Source of the DNA: Octopus sinensis | Taxonomy: Eukaryota | Length of the DNA: 64,000 nucleotides | Assembly: GCF_006345805.1 (NCBI RefSeq) | Contig: NC_043016.1 | Coordinates: 2,976,001 to 3,040,000, forward strand | Direction: 5' to 3' | Translations under genes and position numbers: made by a program | Notes under the pieces: model-generated | Told to the model about the DNA's origin: nothing | Database searches by the model: none | The model's input: the letters and a program-made list of their open reading frames with translations, nothing else | In this document: in pieces, positions 40,093-53,976 of the stretch | Layout: every line of letters starts with the position of its first letter | How positions within the stretch are numbered: position 1 is the first letter of the stretch

Positions 40093-40517
40093 GTATGCAA
40101 AAAAGTGTGCGCGCATGTACATATAGGTATGCATGCGCATAAACATTTGAGATATGTGTGGTGGGTACGAGTGTCTCTGTGAGCACGTGCATTGTTGTAC
40201 GTATTTACTAGAGAGTGGTCGCGGAGGGGTGAAATATGCACACAATAAACGAGAAAAAACTATCAAAAACAAAAGAAAACACAAAGGAAATAAATCCTGT
40301 GACAAAATTAAGAAATATAAAAGAAAATTTGAAAAATATTAAATATTTTAAGATCTTTCTAGTATAGAGTTGACTTATCTCGAGTGAGGAGTCTCGCGTA
40401 GATAAAAAAGAGAGAAAAATCTCAGTCGAATGCAAAGATGAAAAAAAAAAGAAACATGCAAATTATATATTTCCCATTTCTGAAACATACACATATGCAC
40501 ACACATACACACAAACT

Positions 40518-40584
<67 letters not shown>

Positions 40585-41728
40585 ACACGCACAAAAACAC
40601 ACGCGTGCACACACATACATACATATGCATAAAATATGAAATATATAAATACAGATGAAATGATTGTGGGAGGGAAAGAAAGAGAAGCGGTGTATTATAT
40701 ACGAGTAAAATTATTCATGTGAAACCATCATTGGAGGCACAGGTCAAATTTGATTAAGGAAAGTTTTGTGGTGGTTGAATAATAAAATCATTGTAGCAGA
40801 AACATTTGGTAAATCAAACATTGTATATTAGAGGAGGATTGTTTATGCTGTGATGAATATTCTGATTCCAGAAAGATTGGGACGGGGAGGTGGGCAGAGT
40901 GTATAACAAAATAGAATTCTCGCAAATGTTAGTTGCTATAGGAATCGGAGGGGGGGGAGATAGAATGAAATTGGAAGAAATGAAAAGAAATAAATTGAAC
41001 GATAAGAAGAGAAAGACAGAATGACAGAAAGACTATGGGTGAAAGAGAATAAATAAAAGAGAGGAAGTTGAAAGAAGAGACTGATGGAAAAGTAAAACTA
41101 TTCCAATAGCTGGCAAGAGAGAATAGGAGGAGGAAGAGGAGGAAGGAGAGAAGAGGATGAGAAACACTCAAAGGAAGAGAAGAAAATTCTAAGAAAGTAT
41201 TTAAATAAATAAATGAAGAAAAGGAGCGATGAATAACACAAGACGTTGTGGGTGAAATAGATAGATAGATTGATAGAGAGAGGGGGATGGGAGAGAAAAT
41301 GAGAGAAAATGAGAGAGAAAGAGAGTTAGATAATGAGAGACGGAGAAAGTCACATATAATTTGAGAGGTGAAGGTGGGGCCTATAAAGAAGAGCAACGTT
41401 CAAGAGAAAGCATTTAAATACGTAATATAGGTGACTATATCTACGTATTCATGATCGCAGATGAATTTGCGCGCACATGCTCCGGTTGTCATGGTAAATC
41501 GTAAATTTTCGAGAAGCACACGACCGCGCGAGCGCGCACACACACACACACGCTTAGTTATATATAATATATAATACACATACATACACTCAAAATGTTA
41601 CAAACACACATAACTATATAAGAAAATGCATAAAAGCAAAGAAACTGCAATCCATAAATATTGATACGTCAGTCTTTCTTCCCCCTTACAATCTCAACCG
41701 CTCTTTCTCCCTCTCTCTCATCCTCCCT

Positions 41729-41791
<63 letters not shown>

Positions 41792-42422
41792 CACACACAC
41801 ATACACACACTCAGACAGAATAATGCATAGATGCATATAATTATATATTGTACAGGTTTTCTATAATTATGTATCTCGCTTAGAATATGTTCATAATTAT
41901 ATAAATGCATATAATAATTACAGCCCTATTTGTATAACCACATAGTGTGTTGTTCCAATGCTACACTTTACAACACGAAAAATCTTACTGACTTTTAAGT
42001 AACGCTGTATGTATAGACATATATACGGACCTTATCTTTATGCGCAATATAATTTTGGACGAAGCAAAGAAAAGGAAAGAAAGAGAGTCGGCTGCAAAAC
42101 TTTCAAAGTCTGCAGAGATTTCGTCAGAGACTGATCACTCTTTTTATATGTCTCGGCGATCCTATTAGTTTGGGTTTATATAAAGTGTAGATACAAATTT
42201 GCATATTTAACACATCGTTGCCAGCTAGCTTGATAAATAAGCTGTGCGATAAAATAGGTGTTCTACATAATAAATTTAAACATATAAACCCAATAAAAGA
42301 GAATATCGTTTGACGCTAAACTCCTAAAGTAGAAATTTATCTGTCTGATCTCCTTTTTTGTATCCATTACTTTTAAAAAATTCTTCTACAACTGTTTCTA
42401 CATCATGATGTATATTCATTTA

Positions 42423-42467
<45 letters not shown>

Positions 42468-42570
42468 CGGAGTAAACACATAAATGTGAAACAAGGTGGA
42501 AAAAAGAGTACTCAAATACCAGTGGTAGAGTAATATGCTTTATTTTAAGCAGCAGAAAATTCAACAAAAT

Positions 42571-42608
42571 CTGTTACTCTGAGTTTCTCGTTGCCGTTCA
42601 TCAGACAG
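42571..42608 (-). ncRNA. Hammerhead family B, canonical core
   Basis: CTGT CTGATGA ACG gcaa CGA GAAAC tcaga GTA ACAG. Confidence 0.7.
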
Positions 42609-45600
42609 TTTTTGCTAGAATGGAACATATATATAAATTCAATCTATACTCTTACAAACGCTACACCTTTAAAAAGAAATGGACTTGTTTGATTGGCCCT
42701 TTAGAAAAAACGGTCAATCTTCGAGCGATAAACAAAAAGGTCAAAAATATATGTATATATATATAAAAAAAACTTATAAAAATTATAAAATCCGAGGAAA
42801 AACCGAGGAAAAAACCTATTGCCGTTAATGAAGACAGTACAAATTAATGCATAGAAATTAAACCTGTTATAAATACTGCAATACATATTTATATTAAAAT
42901 CCACATATATATATCAACATACACAAAAGGATGCGCGTAAACGCCATACATACATATACAGACGTATGAATATGAATCTAAATTATACACATAAAAGCAT
43001 GTGTACATATATCCACGCAAACCGTCTCGCACGCAAGCTAAAATCATCTATGTAGCAATTCTCATATACTGAGCAAGGAGGGGGAACGAAAGAAAGGGAA
43101 AGAGAGAAAAAGGAACGAAGGAGGGGTAGGGAAAAAACTTGTAGCGATATTATTGGCATCTATAGAGGCCAGTATAATACACAAGTTTGAATTGATACAT
43201 ATACATACCGTCGTGTGTATGCGTGCTTAAGCACAAGCATACTTTCACTAACACATACACAGATACGCATGCTTACAAATACATATGCTTTGCTATACAC
43301 AAACTTATATAAACATTCTAAATTTGACAACATTGCTTTTTAAAAAAAAACATTGCTTTAAAAAATGGGTGCATTAATAAAAATATATACGAAAGACATA
43401 TAAAATAAAATATAACATCCTATTTTGGGTCATTATAAATAATCAAGGTAATATAAATAATCAAGGTAATCTTATGCAATACAATAACATGAAAACAAAG
43501 TTTGTAGGTTTTTCCTAATATATATGTAGAAACAATAAGACTTTGCTATAGATCCGTCGTAGCGCTCAAGAGTCAAAATCAAAATCAAAATCAAAATACA
43601 AAATATATACTCTATCCATATGGTATATTTATATTCGACATTTTAAATTTAGCCGCGTGCCTACATAAGTTCATTAACTCACTTCTTTGATTCAAAGAAT
43701 TATTGTCTTTGAATAATATGTGCATTTTCTCTAATAAGCAAAGCTTGCACTTGAAATTATATTTGTAAGCTCCATGCCTGTATGGTGCCGCCCTGTCCAG
43801 AATGATCCATGTCACGTTGAAAGGTGGGGCTTCCTTTTCTTTTAGTTCCCAGACATATTTTGCTAGGCTGGTTTTCTTCCTATTCTCTGGGTATTTAAAA
43901 GAATTCTTATGAGAATAAAATCTTGTTTTAAATGAATTTTCTGAAGCCCCTGTGTATGTCTTGTATTCCGATGAGCCTTCCACTTGCACCTTGGCTCTAT
44001 AAACTACTCCTTTCACTAGACATTTCCCTTCTAACGGACAGGAGCTTTCGTTTTTGAAATTACATTTCTTAATGGGCTCGGCACCATGTCTAATCTCAAT
44101 TAGCTTCCTATTATGTTGGCTAATGTAAGAGGCGAAATTTCTGCAACAAGAATAGCTAACCTTCAGGGTTCTTCTATTAAATATTCTGACCCTGCTTAAA
44201 ATGCTTAGAGACTAATCTCAAAAATTCCTTACCTATATTAGTCTTTACGGCCAAATTGAAAGCCGGGTTGAACCACAAAACTTTCCTGGTCCTAGTTCTT
44301 CGTGCAGCATTATTATTAGCATTAAGCTGGTTGAACTGGATCTTCTCCGAGAATCCACTATTCTTTAATGCGCTATCGTAATAAGGTGCAGCATTATGGA
44401 ATGCTGCCTCGTCCGAAGAAATTGAAGATATTCTCTACCTACATTGCTGACTAAGTTGCTAAGGATAACTGGTGGATGGTTCGAATCTTTGCTAATATAC
44501 GATAGCTTTTCATTGGGCTTACGGAAAGGTTTAAATCTATCCGATCTTACATTAAAATTTACGTCTAAAAAATCTACACTATTCAGGTTAGTATCTATCG
44601 TAATCCGTAAGCCCATCCTTTGAAAGAAAGCTATAAGGTCCTTCCTAAGTCTATCTGATTCATGGCCGTTTAGATTTGCACGAAGAACTAGGACCAGGAA
44701 AGTTTTGTGGTTCAACCCGGCTTTCAATTTGGCCGTAAAGACTAATATAGGTAAGGAATTTTGAGATTAGTCTCTAAGCATTTTAAGCAGGGTCAGAATA
44801 TTTAATAGAAGAACCCTGAAGGTTAGCTATTCTTGTTGCAGAAATTTCGCCTCTTACATTAGCCACATAATAGGAAGCTAATTGAGATTAGACATGGTGC
44901 CGAGCCCATTAAGAAATGTAATTTCAAAAACGAAAGCTCCTGTCCGTTAGAAGGGAAATGTCTAGTGAAAGGAGTAGTTATAGAGCCAAGGTGCAAGTGG
45001 AAGGCTCATCGGAATACAAGACATACACAGGGGCTTCAGAAAATTCATTTAAAACAAGATTTTATTCTCATAAGAATTCTTTTAAATACCCAGAGAATAG
45101 GAAGAAAACCAGCCTAGCAAAATATGTCTGGGAACTAAAAGAAAAGGAAGCCCCACCTTTCAACGTGACATGGATCATTCTGGACAGGGCGGCACCATAC
45201 AGGCATGGAGCTTACAAATATATTTCAAGTGCAAGCTTTGCTTATTAGAGAAAATGCACATATTATTCAAAGACAATAATTCTTTGAATCAAAGAAGTGA
45301 GTTAATGAACTTATGTAGGCACGCGGCTAAATTTAAAATGTCGAATATAAATATACCATATGGATAGAGTATATATTTTGTATTTTGATTTTTGATTTTT
45401 GATTTTGACTCTTGAGCGCTACGACGGATCTATAGCAAAGTCTTATTGTTTCTACATATATATTAGGAAAAACCTACAAACTTTGTTTTCATGTTATTGT
45501 ATTGCATAAGATTACCTTGATTATTTATATTACCTTGATTATTTATAAATGACCCAAAATAGGATGTTATATTTTATTTTATATGTCTTTCGTATATTTT

Positions 45601-46370
45601 TTATTAATGCACCCATTTTTTAAAAAGCAATGTTTTTTTTTAAAAAGCAATGTTGTCAATTTAGAATGTTTATATAAGTTTGTGTATAGCAAAGCATATG
45701 TATTTGTAAGCATGCGTATCTGTGTATGTGTAAGTGAAAGTATGCTTGTGCTTAAGCACGCATACACACGACGGTATGTATATGTATCAATTCAAACTTG
45801 TGTATGTATACTGGCCTCTATAGATGCCAATAATATCGCTACAAGTTTTTTCCCTACCCCTCCTTCGTTCCTTTTTCTCTCTTTCCTTTCTTCGTTCCCC
45901 CTCCTTGCTCAGTATATGAGAATTGCTACATAGATGAATTTTAGCTTGCGTGCGAGACGGTTTGCGTGGATATATGTACACATGCTTTTATGTGTATAAT
46001 TTAGATTCATATTCATACGTCTGTATATATTATGTATGGCGTTACGCGCATCCTTTGTGTATGTTGATATATATATGTGGATTTTAATATAAATATGTAT
46101 TGCAGTATTTATAACAGGTTTAATTCTATGCATTAATTTGTACTGTCTTCATTAACGGCAATAGGTTTTTTCCTCGGTTTTTTCCTCGGATTTTATAATT
46201 TTTATAAGTTTTTTTTATATATATATACATATATTTTTGACCTTTTTGTTTATCGCTCGAAGATTGACCGTTTTTTCTAAAGGCCAATCAAACAAGTCCA
46301 TTTCTTTTAAAGGTGTAGCGTTTGTAAGAGTATAGATTGAATTTATATATATGTTCCATTCTAGCAAAAA

Positions 46371-46408
46371 CTGTCTGATGAACGGCAACGAGAAACTCAG
46401 AGTAACAG
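46371..46408 (+). ncRNA. Hammerhead family B, canonical core
   Basis: Identical to the reverse complement of 42571-42608. Confidence 0.7.
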
Positions 46409-46448
46409 ATTTTGTTGAATTTTCTGCTGCTTAAAAAAATAGTATATA

Positions 46449-46489
<41 letters not shown>

Positions 46490-46496
46490 TATATAC

Positions 46497-46568
<72 letters not shown>

Positions 46569-46620
46569 ATTATATATATATATATATATATAAATATTAT
46601 ATATATGTATGTATGTATAT

Positions 46621-46848
46621 TTCTTTACTACCCACAAGGAGCTAAACACAGAGGGGACAAACAAGGACAGACAAAGGGATTAAGTCGATTATATCGACCC
46701 CAGTGCGTAACTGGTACTTCATTTATCGCCCCCGAAAGGATGAAAGGCAAAGTCGGCCTCGGTGGAATTTGAACTCAGAACGTAACGACAGACAAAATAC
46801 GGCTACGCATTTCGTCCGGCGTGCTAAAGTTTCTGCCAGCTCCCCGCC
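46621..46848 (-). mobile_element. SINE family 1, full length
   Basis: Matches 37099-37331. Confidence 0.9.
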
Positions 46849-46908
<60 letters not shown>

Positions 46909-47027
46909 ATAATATATATATATATATATATTCTTACATCTTTACTTTTTATTATATTTTATAATTATTGGGGAGATGTACTCGCATAGCAAGTGATTTG
47001 ATCTGAGATCATGTGATGGAACGAAAA

Positions 47028-47311
47028 CAATTGCAGCGTGGAAGGTGTTTATAAGCCATTTAAGAAACACACAAAAACCGTTAGATTCATTCAACATTTA
47101 AGTTTAATTTGTCAAAATATTTTCGTCGATAAAATCCGCGACCTGTTCACTGACAAAATTCCGTGATGCATCACGGATTTTTGTCAATGAACAGGTCGCG
47201 GTCTGAAAGCGAGGAAAATATTTTGACAAATCAAATTTAAATGTTGAAGTGAATCTAACGGTTTTTGTGTGTTTCTTAAATGGCTTACAAACACCTTCCA
47301 CGCTGCAATTG
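47028..47311. repeat. Foldback (inverted-repeat) element centred on CCGTGATGCATCACGG
   Basis: CAATTGCAGCGTGGAAGGTG... mirrored by ...CACCTTCCACGCTGCAATTG. Confidence 0.9.
47108..47157 (-). ncRNA. Hammerhead family C, G3:C8 core
   Basis: TTTGTCA GTGAACA G GTCG cggattttat CGAC GAAA ATATTT TGACAAA. Confidence 0.6.
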
Positions 47312-47629
47312 TTTATATTTATTATTATCCTTTATAATTATGTTTACATTTATATATATTTTCTTTTTTGTGATCCCAACTTCATTAAAGTTTCATCCCC
47401 TTCCCCTCCTTTCCTCTTTCTCTCAACATCCAATTCCTTCCCCTAATATGAAGTAACCTACCCAGTATTCATTCTATATCGAGTGTAAAAACGGTATGGA
47501 CGATTTGTTTTGGAGTCTAATAATACCATGTACGCCTATGAAGATTTACAAACGTACTTTCCCAATGAAACTCGGTTTTTTCTCAAACCTTTTATTATGT
47601 GATACAAGTCTTTGGTGTAGCAATTGTAC

Positions 47630-47721
47630 GCGGCTGAAGAAGGTTTTTGATCTATTTATTATATCAACTATGCATTGATGTAAGAATAAGTTGTTCTATG
47701 AACCCGAAACATATGTACCGC
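47630..47721 (+). ncRNA. Hammerhead family D, extended helix II
   Basis: GCGG CTGAAGA AGGTT...AACCC GAAAC atat GTA CCGC; palindromic ACATATGT helix III. Confidence 0.7.
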
Positions 47722-48493
47722 AAAATCCTTTGCATCCTGTTTTTCATTTATTTCCTTTGATACATATATACATATATATAATGTGAGATAGGGGTTATGA
47801 GTGTAACCCACAATGGGATATCAGTTATCCAATATACTGCTGGTGAAGCACCCAAATGGCAAATACATAAATGGTTATAATTGCAATGCAATTGATTCAT
47901 TTATTGTATTAGATGGGCGAAGGTAAAATATTTTACCTAAAGTTCATAATACAAATAAGAAAATAGAGGAACAAATTCATTTCAATCATCAACTTACGGA
48001 TATTACCAATTCATATTATTTATTAACTACATAAATAGGAACATCCAAATAAGGATAAAATCTCTTTATATACATTGGTGGATGTATGTATATGCATATG
48101 AATGTGTTTGTTACCTGTGTGTATATATATGTATGCAGAATAAGATTGAAGTTGCGATTTTGACTGTATGATATAATGAATATAATGACATTATTTGTTG
48201 AATTAATGTGCTTACATCTTTCATAGGCATCTGTCTATATATTATATTATACTATATTATATATGTGATATATAATATTTTATATTATACTATATTATAT
48301 TATACTATACTATATTTTATGTGGTATTTTCCATCTACTATGTATTGTGAATAGCAGAATGCACATAATCTAATATTGGTATTAATAATAATAATAATAA
48401 TAACATTAATAGTTTTGGTAATGTAATGAACTTTGTATATGTACCCACAAAACACACAAAAGCCGTTCGATTCACTTCAACATTTAAGTTTAA

Positions 48494-48543
48494 TTTGTCA
48501 AAATATTTTCGTCGCTAAAATCCGCGACCTGTTCACTGACAAA
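48494..48543 (-). ncRNA. Hammerhead family C, G3:C8 core
   Basis: TTTGTCA GTGAACA G GTCGC ggatttta GCGAC GAAA ATATTT TGACAAA. Confidence 0.65.
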
Positions 48544-48651
48544 AATCCACGCTGGAATGTTTTCGTTTCAGCACACGATCTCAGATCAAATCACTTGCTA
48601 TGCGAGTACATCTCCGTAATATATATATATTATATATAATATATATATAAT

Positions 48652-48704
<53 letters not shown>

Positions 48705-48894
48705 GCATGTGTGTGTATGTAATTGAATATGCCAAATTTAATACACATTGAGTGAAGTAAGAAGAGAGTGGTAGATAAATAGATGTTTGTAAGAGAGATA
48801 CAAAAAAATAAAAAACAACACCAATCGTATGTGTATGAGTGAGTGTGTGTGCGTGTGTGTGTGTATCTGTATGTAGGTGGTGTTGTGTGTGTGT

Positions 48895-48955
<61 letters not shown>

Positions 48956-49361
48956 ATTTAGATATTTTAATATTTCATTCTGTAAGTTACTGCACATGCG
49001 CAACAATACCAAAACATTGCAACTTCATAAAAGTGTATAGCTTCTAACGAAACACTAACAATCCGCTGAGAAACATTTGAACATTTTGAAACATTTGAAG
49101 GGCAAATGTGTTTTTACTTTAGCGCGAAATGATAAAATGATTCAAAAGAAAATTATTTTTAAAATGCGTTTCTATAATCTCATGAAACAGAAGTAGACCA
49201 ACCTTATGGGGCTTTTACAACAAAGTAATATACCATGGTTTCACTCTCGAACCTCTGAAAAGAACCTCTTCAACTACAAGCGGTCATATACATTGTTATC
49301 ACTGATACTCTCACTTTGTATATGCGTATGTATTAATATATATATCTGTCTGTTTCTCTGC

Positions 49362-49446
<85 letters not shown>

Positions 49447-49600
49447 CATCCATCCATCTATCTGTTTATCTATCTATCTCTTCATATATACATATATATA
49501 TGTATATATATATATACACTTGTATGTATGTGTATATATGTATATATATATGTGTATGTACATATATATATATATATATATATATACATATGTATGTATG

Positions 49601-49632
<32 letters not shown>

Positions 49633-49925
49633 ATTATACTAATATATATATATATATATCTTATATATATATTATATATATATATATAACAATATAGGAT
49701 GAAGTCCCTTTCTCTACAGAAAAGGATTCCATCAAAAAGCGTGGCAGTATATTAAAAGAAACCTTTACAGTTGAAGTATAATCATCTTATAATTAAGGGC
49801 TAAAGAGGGTTATTCTAAAGCCAATACACTGATTTATCCACTTATAATCCACTTGTTACAGGAAAATTGAACTGAAAGCGGGCAACTAACCTTTAGAAAA
49901 TTTAAATTCGTTATCTATATATAAA

Positions 49926-51772
49926 TCGGTACTTGGCGGTCGTCCACAGGGCGGCTGGCTTCGGTCCCGTCTTCCGCGGTTGGATCGCTGCCTTGTATAG
50001 CGGCATCCGATCGATGATTCGAGTGAACGGTCACCTGTCGAAACCGTTTGACATCACGCGTTCGGTCCGTCAGGGGTGTCCCCTGTCGGCGCTTCTGTAT
50101 GTATTGACTCTCGAGCCGCTACTGCGGAAGCTGGCGACACTGAGGGGCATCCCACGGGAACTGGGTTGCGGGACGAGCGTGTCGGCATATGCGGACGATG
50201 TCACCGTCATAGTGTCGAGCGACAAACACATCACGATGATAGTCGATACACTAAAAAAATAGGAAACAGTGACGGGGCGAAGATTAACCCGGAAAAGTCA
50301 GTGGGTTTGCTACTCGGCACCTGGAGAAGCAAGCCCATGCCGTCCGACTGCGGCTCAGTAGTAGGACGCTGGACGGACGGACCGGTTAAATTGCTCGGGT
50401 CTGGTTCAGTCCGGACCTCCAAATGGATAAGAACTGGGACGAGATCACGAGTAGAGTGGTCGCTCTCAGCCAGACATGGGCTGAGAGAAAGCTGTCTCTA
50501 AAAGGTCGGGCGGAGGTGGCGAACGCGTACATCGCATCCGTCATCGATTATCGCCTGACCGTCGTGCCTTGTCCAGACGCTACCATCACCAAACTGGAAC
50601 GCTTTCTGTGGAAGGGTGGCGTTCCGGTGGTGAGGCGATCCATTTTCAGTCAACATCCATTAAATGGAGGACTTGGCATGCCGTGGTTGATGATGCGCAG
50701 GCATGCCCTGAGACTGCGACATCTCTGGAACTTCATCGATGACGGTGAACATGTGTGGAAGCCGTTTGAGAGGCGCGCCTTCCCGCAGCTCGTCTCACTG
50801 ACCGAACTGCAAACGTGGATCAAGAAGAGACCGAAACTGGGCGATTGGCACCGAGTGTCTGCCGTCCGGGGTCAAACTTGTGCAACTTACAAATTACTAA
50901 AGCGTTCTATAGAGGACTAGTGGAGGGGAGGTCCGACGACACTCGGGGCAAACCTGGGCGTCGACGAGAAATTCCTAGCCCGCCTGTTCAGGACGACGTT
51001 CGGGCTGGGGCCTATGGATAACTTCCAGAAATCCCTGGCTTGGCAATGCTATCGAGACGCACTACCTTTTCGAGAGAAGAAGCTACAGGCACGGTTCGAA
51101 AACCATCACCGGACCGACCTGCCCGAGATGCTGTCAGAACGACGAATCCGTTCTGCAGGCACTCGTGCAGTGTCCAGATATTTCAGAGCTGTGGACCGCT
51201 TATCGGCCGAGTTTATCGTGAATATTGTTCCACCACCTTCCTTTAAACGGGAAGGGAAAACGGTTTTCGTTACGCTGATGACTATGGCGAAAGAATGTGT
51301 GTGGTGGACGCGTTTGAAAGGACTGCAAACAAACACCTTCCTCTCTGATCAGTCTCTCGTCAACTTTTTCAAGTACCACTTGAAAAGGAGGATAAGAATA
51401 GAGAGGAAGTCTTTGTCGAACAAATGTTTCGATAAAAAGTGGGTAAAAGTGGCAAAAATGGTCAGTATGAAAGACGACACCATTTTAAGCGTAAATCTGT
51501 AACCAAAAGAGACAACTTACTCAAGTGTACATTTCGAACTGTCTGAGGTGACCTTGGTCTTTTTTTTAGGTTTTTCTTTCCAAGGCTACACCTAAACTGT
51601 GAACTTTATATATATTGCTTTTTTATACACCACATAACCCACAGATCCCTATTGATCGAACGTTTTTTTCTTTGTGTGTCCCACCCATCCCACCCCGAAA
51701 ATAAAAAAACTCTACATTGTATTTCGTCCATTTTTTCTGTGTTTAGCCGCTGTGCGGCCACACAATAAAAAG
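49926..51772 (+). mobile_element. 5'-truncated Tx1/L1-clade LINE (ORF2 RT and C-terminus, 3' UTR)
   Basis: SVRQGCPLSALLYVLTLEPLLRKL, SAYADDVTVIV, INPEKSVG, GGLGMPWL; stop at 51502; AATAAA followed by (TATC)n. Confidence 0.92.
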
Positions 51773-51828
<56 letters not shown>

Positions 51829-52179
51829 TTATCTATCTATCTGTCTGTATGTCTGTCTGTCTGCCTGTCTGTCTTTCGGTTTGTCTGTCTATCTATCTAC
51901 CTATCTAACTATCTATCGATATCTATATCTATATCTATACACACACGCACACACACAGAGTCTGATGCACGCACACATACACGTACTCTAATTGTCTTTC
52001 AGCACAATACTAATATTGCTTTGGATTCTACCCAGCGGGTACAAAACAAAACTATATCATGTTTTACAGCGAGAAGTGTATCACCATCCTCCAATGAAAC
52101 ATAAACCAAACAGCCAATGGATGTCTTCTCCGAATGGAGTCTTAAAGCGTGACTTCATTGTTGTCTTTCTTATATTCTT

Positions 52180-52562
52180 TTACTTGTTACAGTCATCTTG
52201 AATGCGGCCATGCTGGAGCACCGCCTTTTAGTCGAGCAAATCGAGTCCCAGGACTTAATCTTTCTAAGCCTGGCACTTATTATATCGGTCTCTTTTGCCG
52301 AAACTTTAAGTTACGGAGACGTATCAAACCAACAGCGGTTGTGAAGCGACGGTGAAGGGACAAAAACAGACACACGAACATATACACACAAACACGCATA
52401 TATATATGTATACGACGGGCTTCTTTCAGTTTCCGTCTACCAAATTCACTCAGAAGTCTTCGGTTAACCTGAGGCGAATATACACAGATGACACATGGCC
52501 AAGGTGCCACGCAGTGGGACTGAACCCAGAACCATGTGGTTGGGAAACAAGCTTCTTACCAC
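52180..52562 (-). mobile_element. SINE family 2
   Basis: Matches the reverse complement of 26565-26972. Confidence 0.85.
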
Positions 52563-53019
52563 AAAGTAGTCTCCTCGAATGGAAATTATAGTATGCTAGA
52601 GAGTGAGGGTTTTGCTTTTTAAGACGACCTCTCTGCTCCCTAACTGCTTAACCCTGACCACGTGAACCATATTTGCCTATATTTCTTTCAAGCCTTTCTA
52701 ACGGCATGTGTATCGCTACTTTTAGGCGACTGCTGTTGGTAATGTTATCTATCGGCCTTCCTAGCAATTACTCGCTGAATTTCATTGGAGGTGTTAATGA
52801 CGTCATAATTCATACAGACAAAATAAAACAAACAAAAGTAGATAAAATATTACATGAATTATTCCCATTAGAGTACAATTCAGTAGTTTCATTCATCTGA
52901 AGATGCAATATTGACACAAATTCACAATAGTAAAGAGATTCCTGTAAACCATAAACTTGATATATTTCGGAAGCTGGCACCACGTTCATACAGTACAAAC
53001 GAAATTAGTGTTGTTTGTT

Positions 53020-53072
53020 TGTTTGTTATTGCTGTTGTTGTTGTTGTTTTTCTTCTATTTCTTCTTCTTCTT

Positions 53073-53103
<31 letters not shown>

Positions 53104-53123
53104 TTATTATTATTATTATTATT

Positions 53124-53162
<39 letters not shown>

Positions 53163-53414
53163 GCTGTTGTTGTTGTTGTTGTTATTGTTGTTGTTATTAT
53201 TATTATTATTATTATTGTCGTTGTTGTTGTTATTATTATTATTATTATTATTATTACATTATTATTATCATTATTATTATTATTATTATTGTTGTTGTTG
53301 TTATTATTATTATTATTGTTATTATTATTGTCATTATTATTATTATTGTTATTATTATTGTTGTTATTGTTATTGTTATTATTATTATATTACATTATTA
53401 TTATTATTATTATC

Positions 53415-53485
<71 letters not shown>

Positions 53486-53501
53486 ATTGATATTATTGTT
53501 A

Positions 53502-53541
<40 letters not shown>

Positions 53542-53873
53542 GATATTATTGTTATTGTTATTATTATTATTATTATTTTTTTTTTATTATTATTATTATT
53601 GATATTATTTATTATTATTATTGTTATTATTATTATTGTTATTATTATTATTATTATTATTATCATCATTATTATTATTATATTATTATTTTTATTATTA
53701 TTATTATTATTGATATTATTATTATTATTATTGTTATTATTATTATTGTTATTATTATTATTATTATTATTATCATAAGTATTATTATATTATTTTTATT
53801 ATTATTATCATTATTATTATTATTATTGTTATATTATTATTATTATTATTATCATCATTATTATTATATTATA

Positions 53874-53943
<70 letters not shown>

Positions 53944-53975
53944 CATCATTATTATTATTATATTATTTATTATAT
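53020..53975. repeat. Compound (TTG)/(TTC)/(ATT) microsatellite
   Basis: Direct reading. Confidence 0.95.
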
Positions 53976-53976
53976 T

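Larger units (their letters stand above)
42465..46436. mobile_element. Head-to-head palindromic PLE (minus copy 42465-44676, plus copy 44677-46436)
   Basis: GIY-YIG ORFs at 43612-44016 (-) and 44958-45367 (+); RT motif VDFLDVNF in the spacer; arms nearly identical. Confidence 0.92.

Noticed and set aside
52798-52805. CRE palindrome TGACGTCA
   Set aside because: One 8-mer in 64 kb is expected by chance
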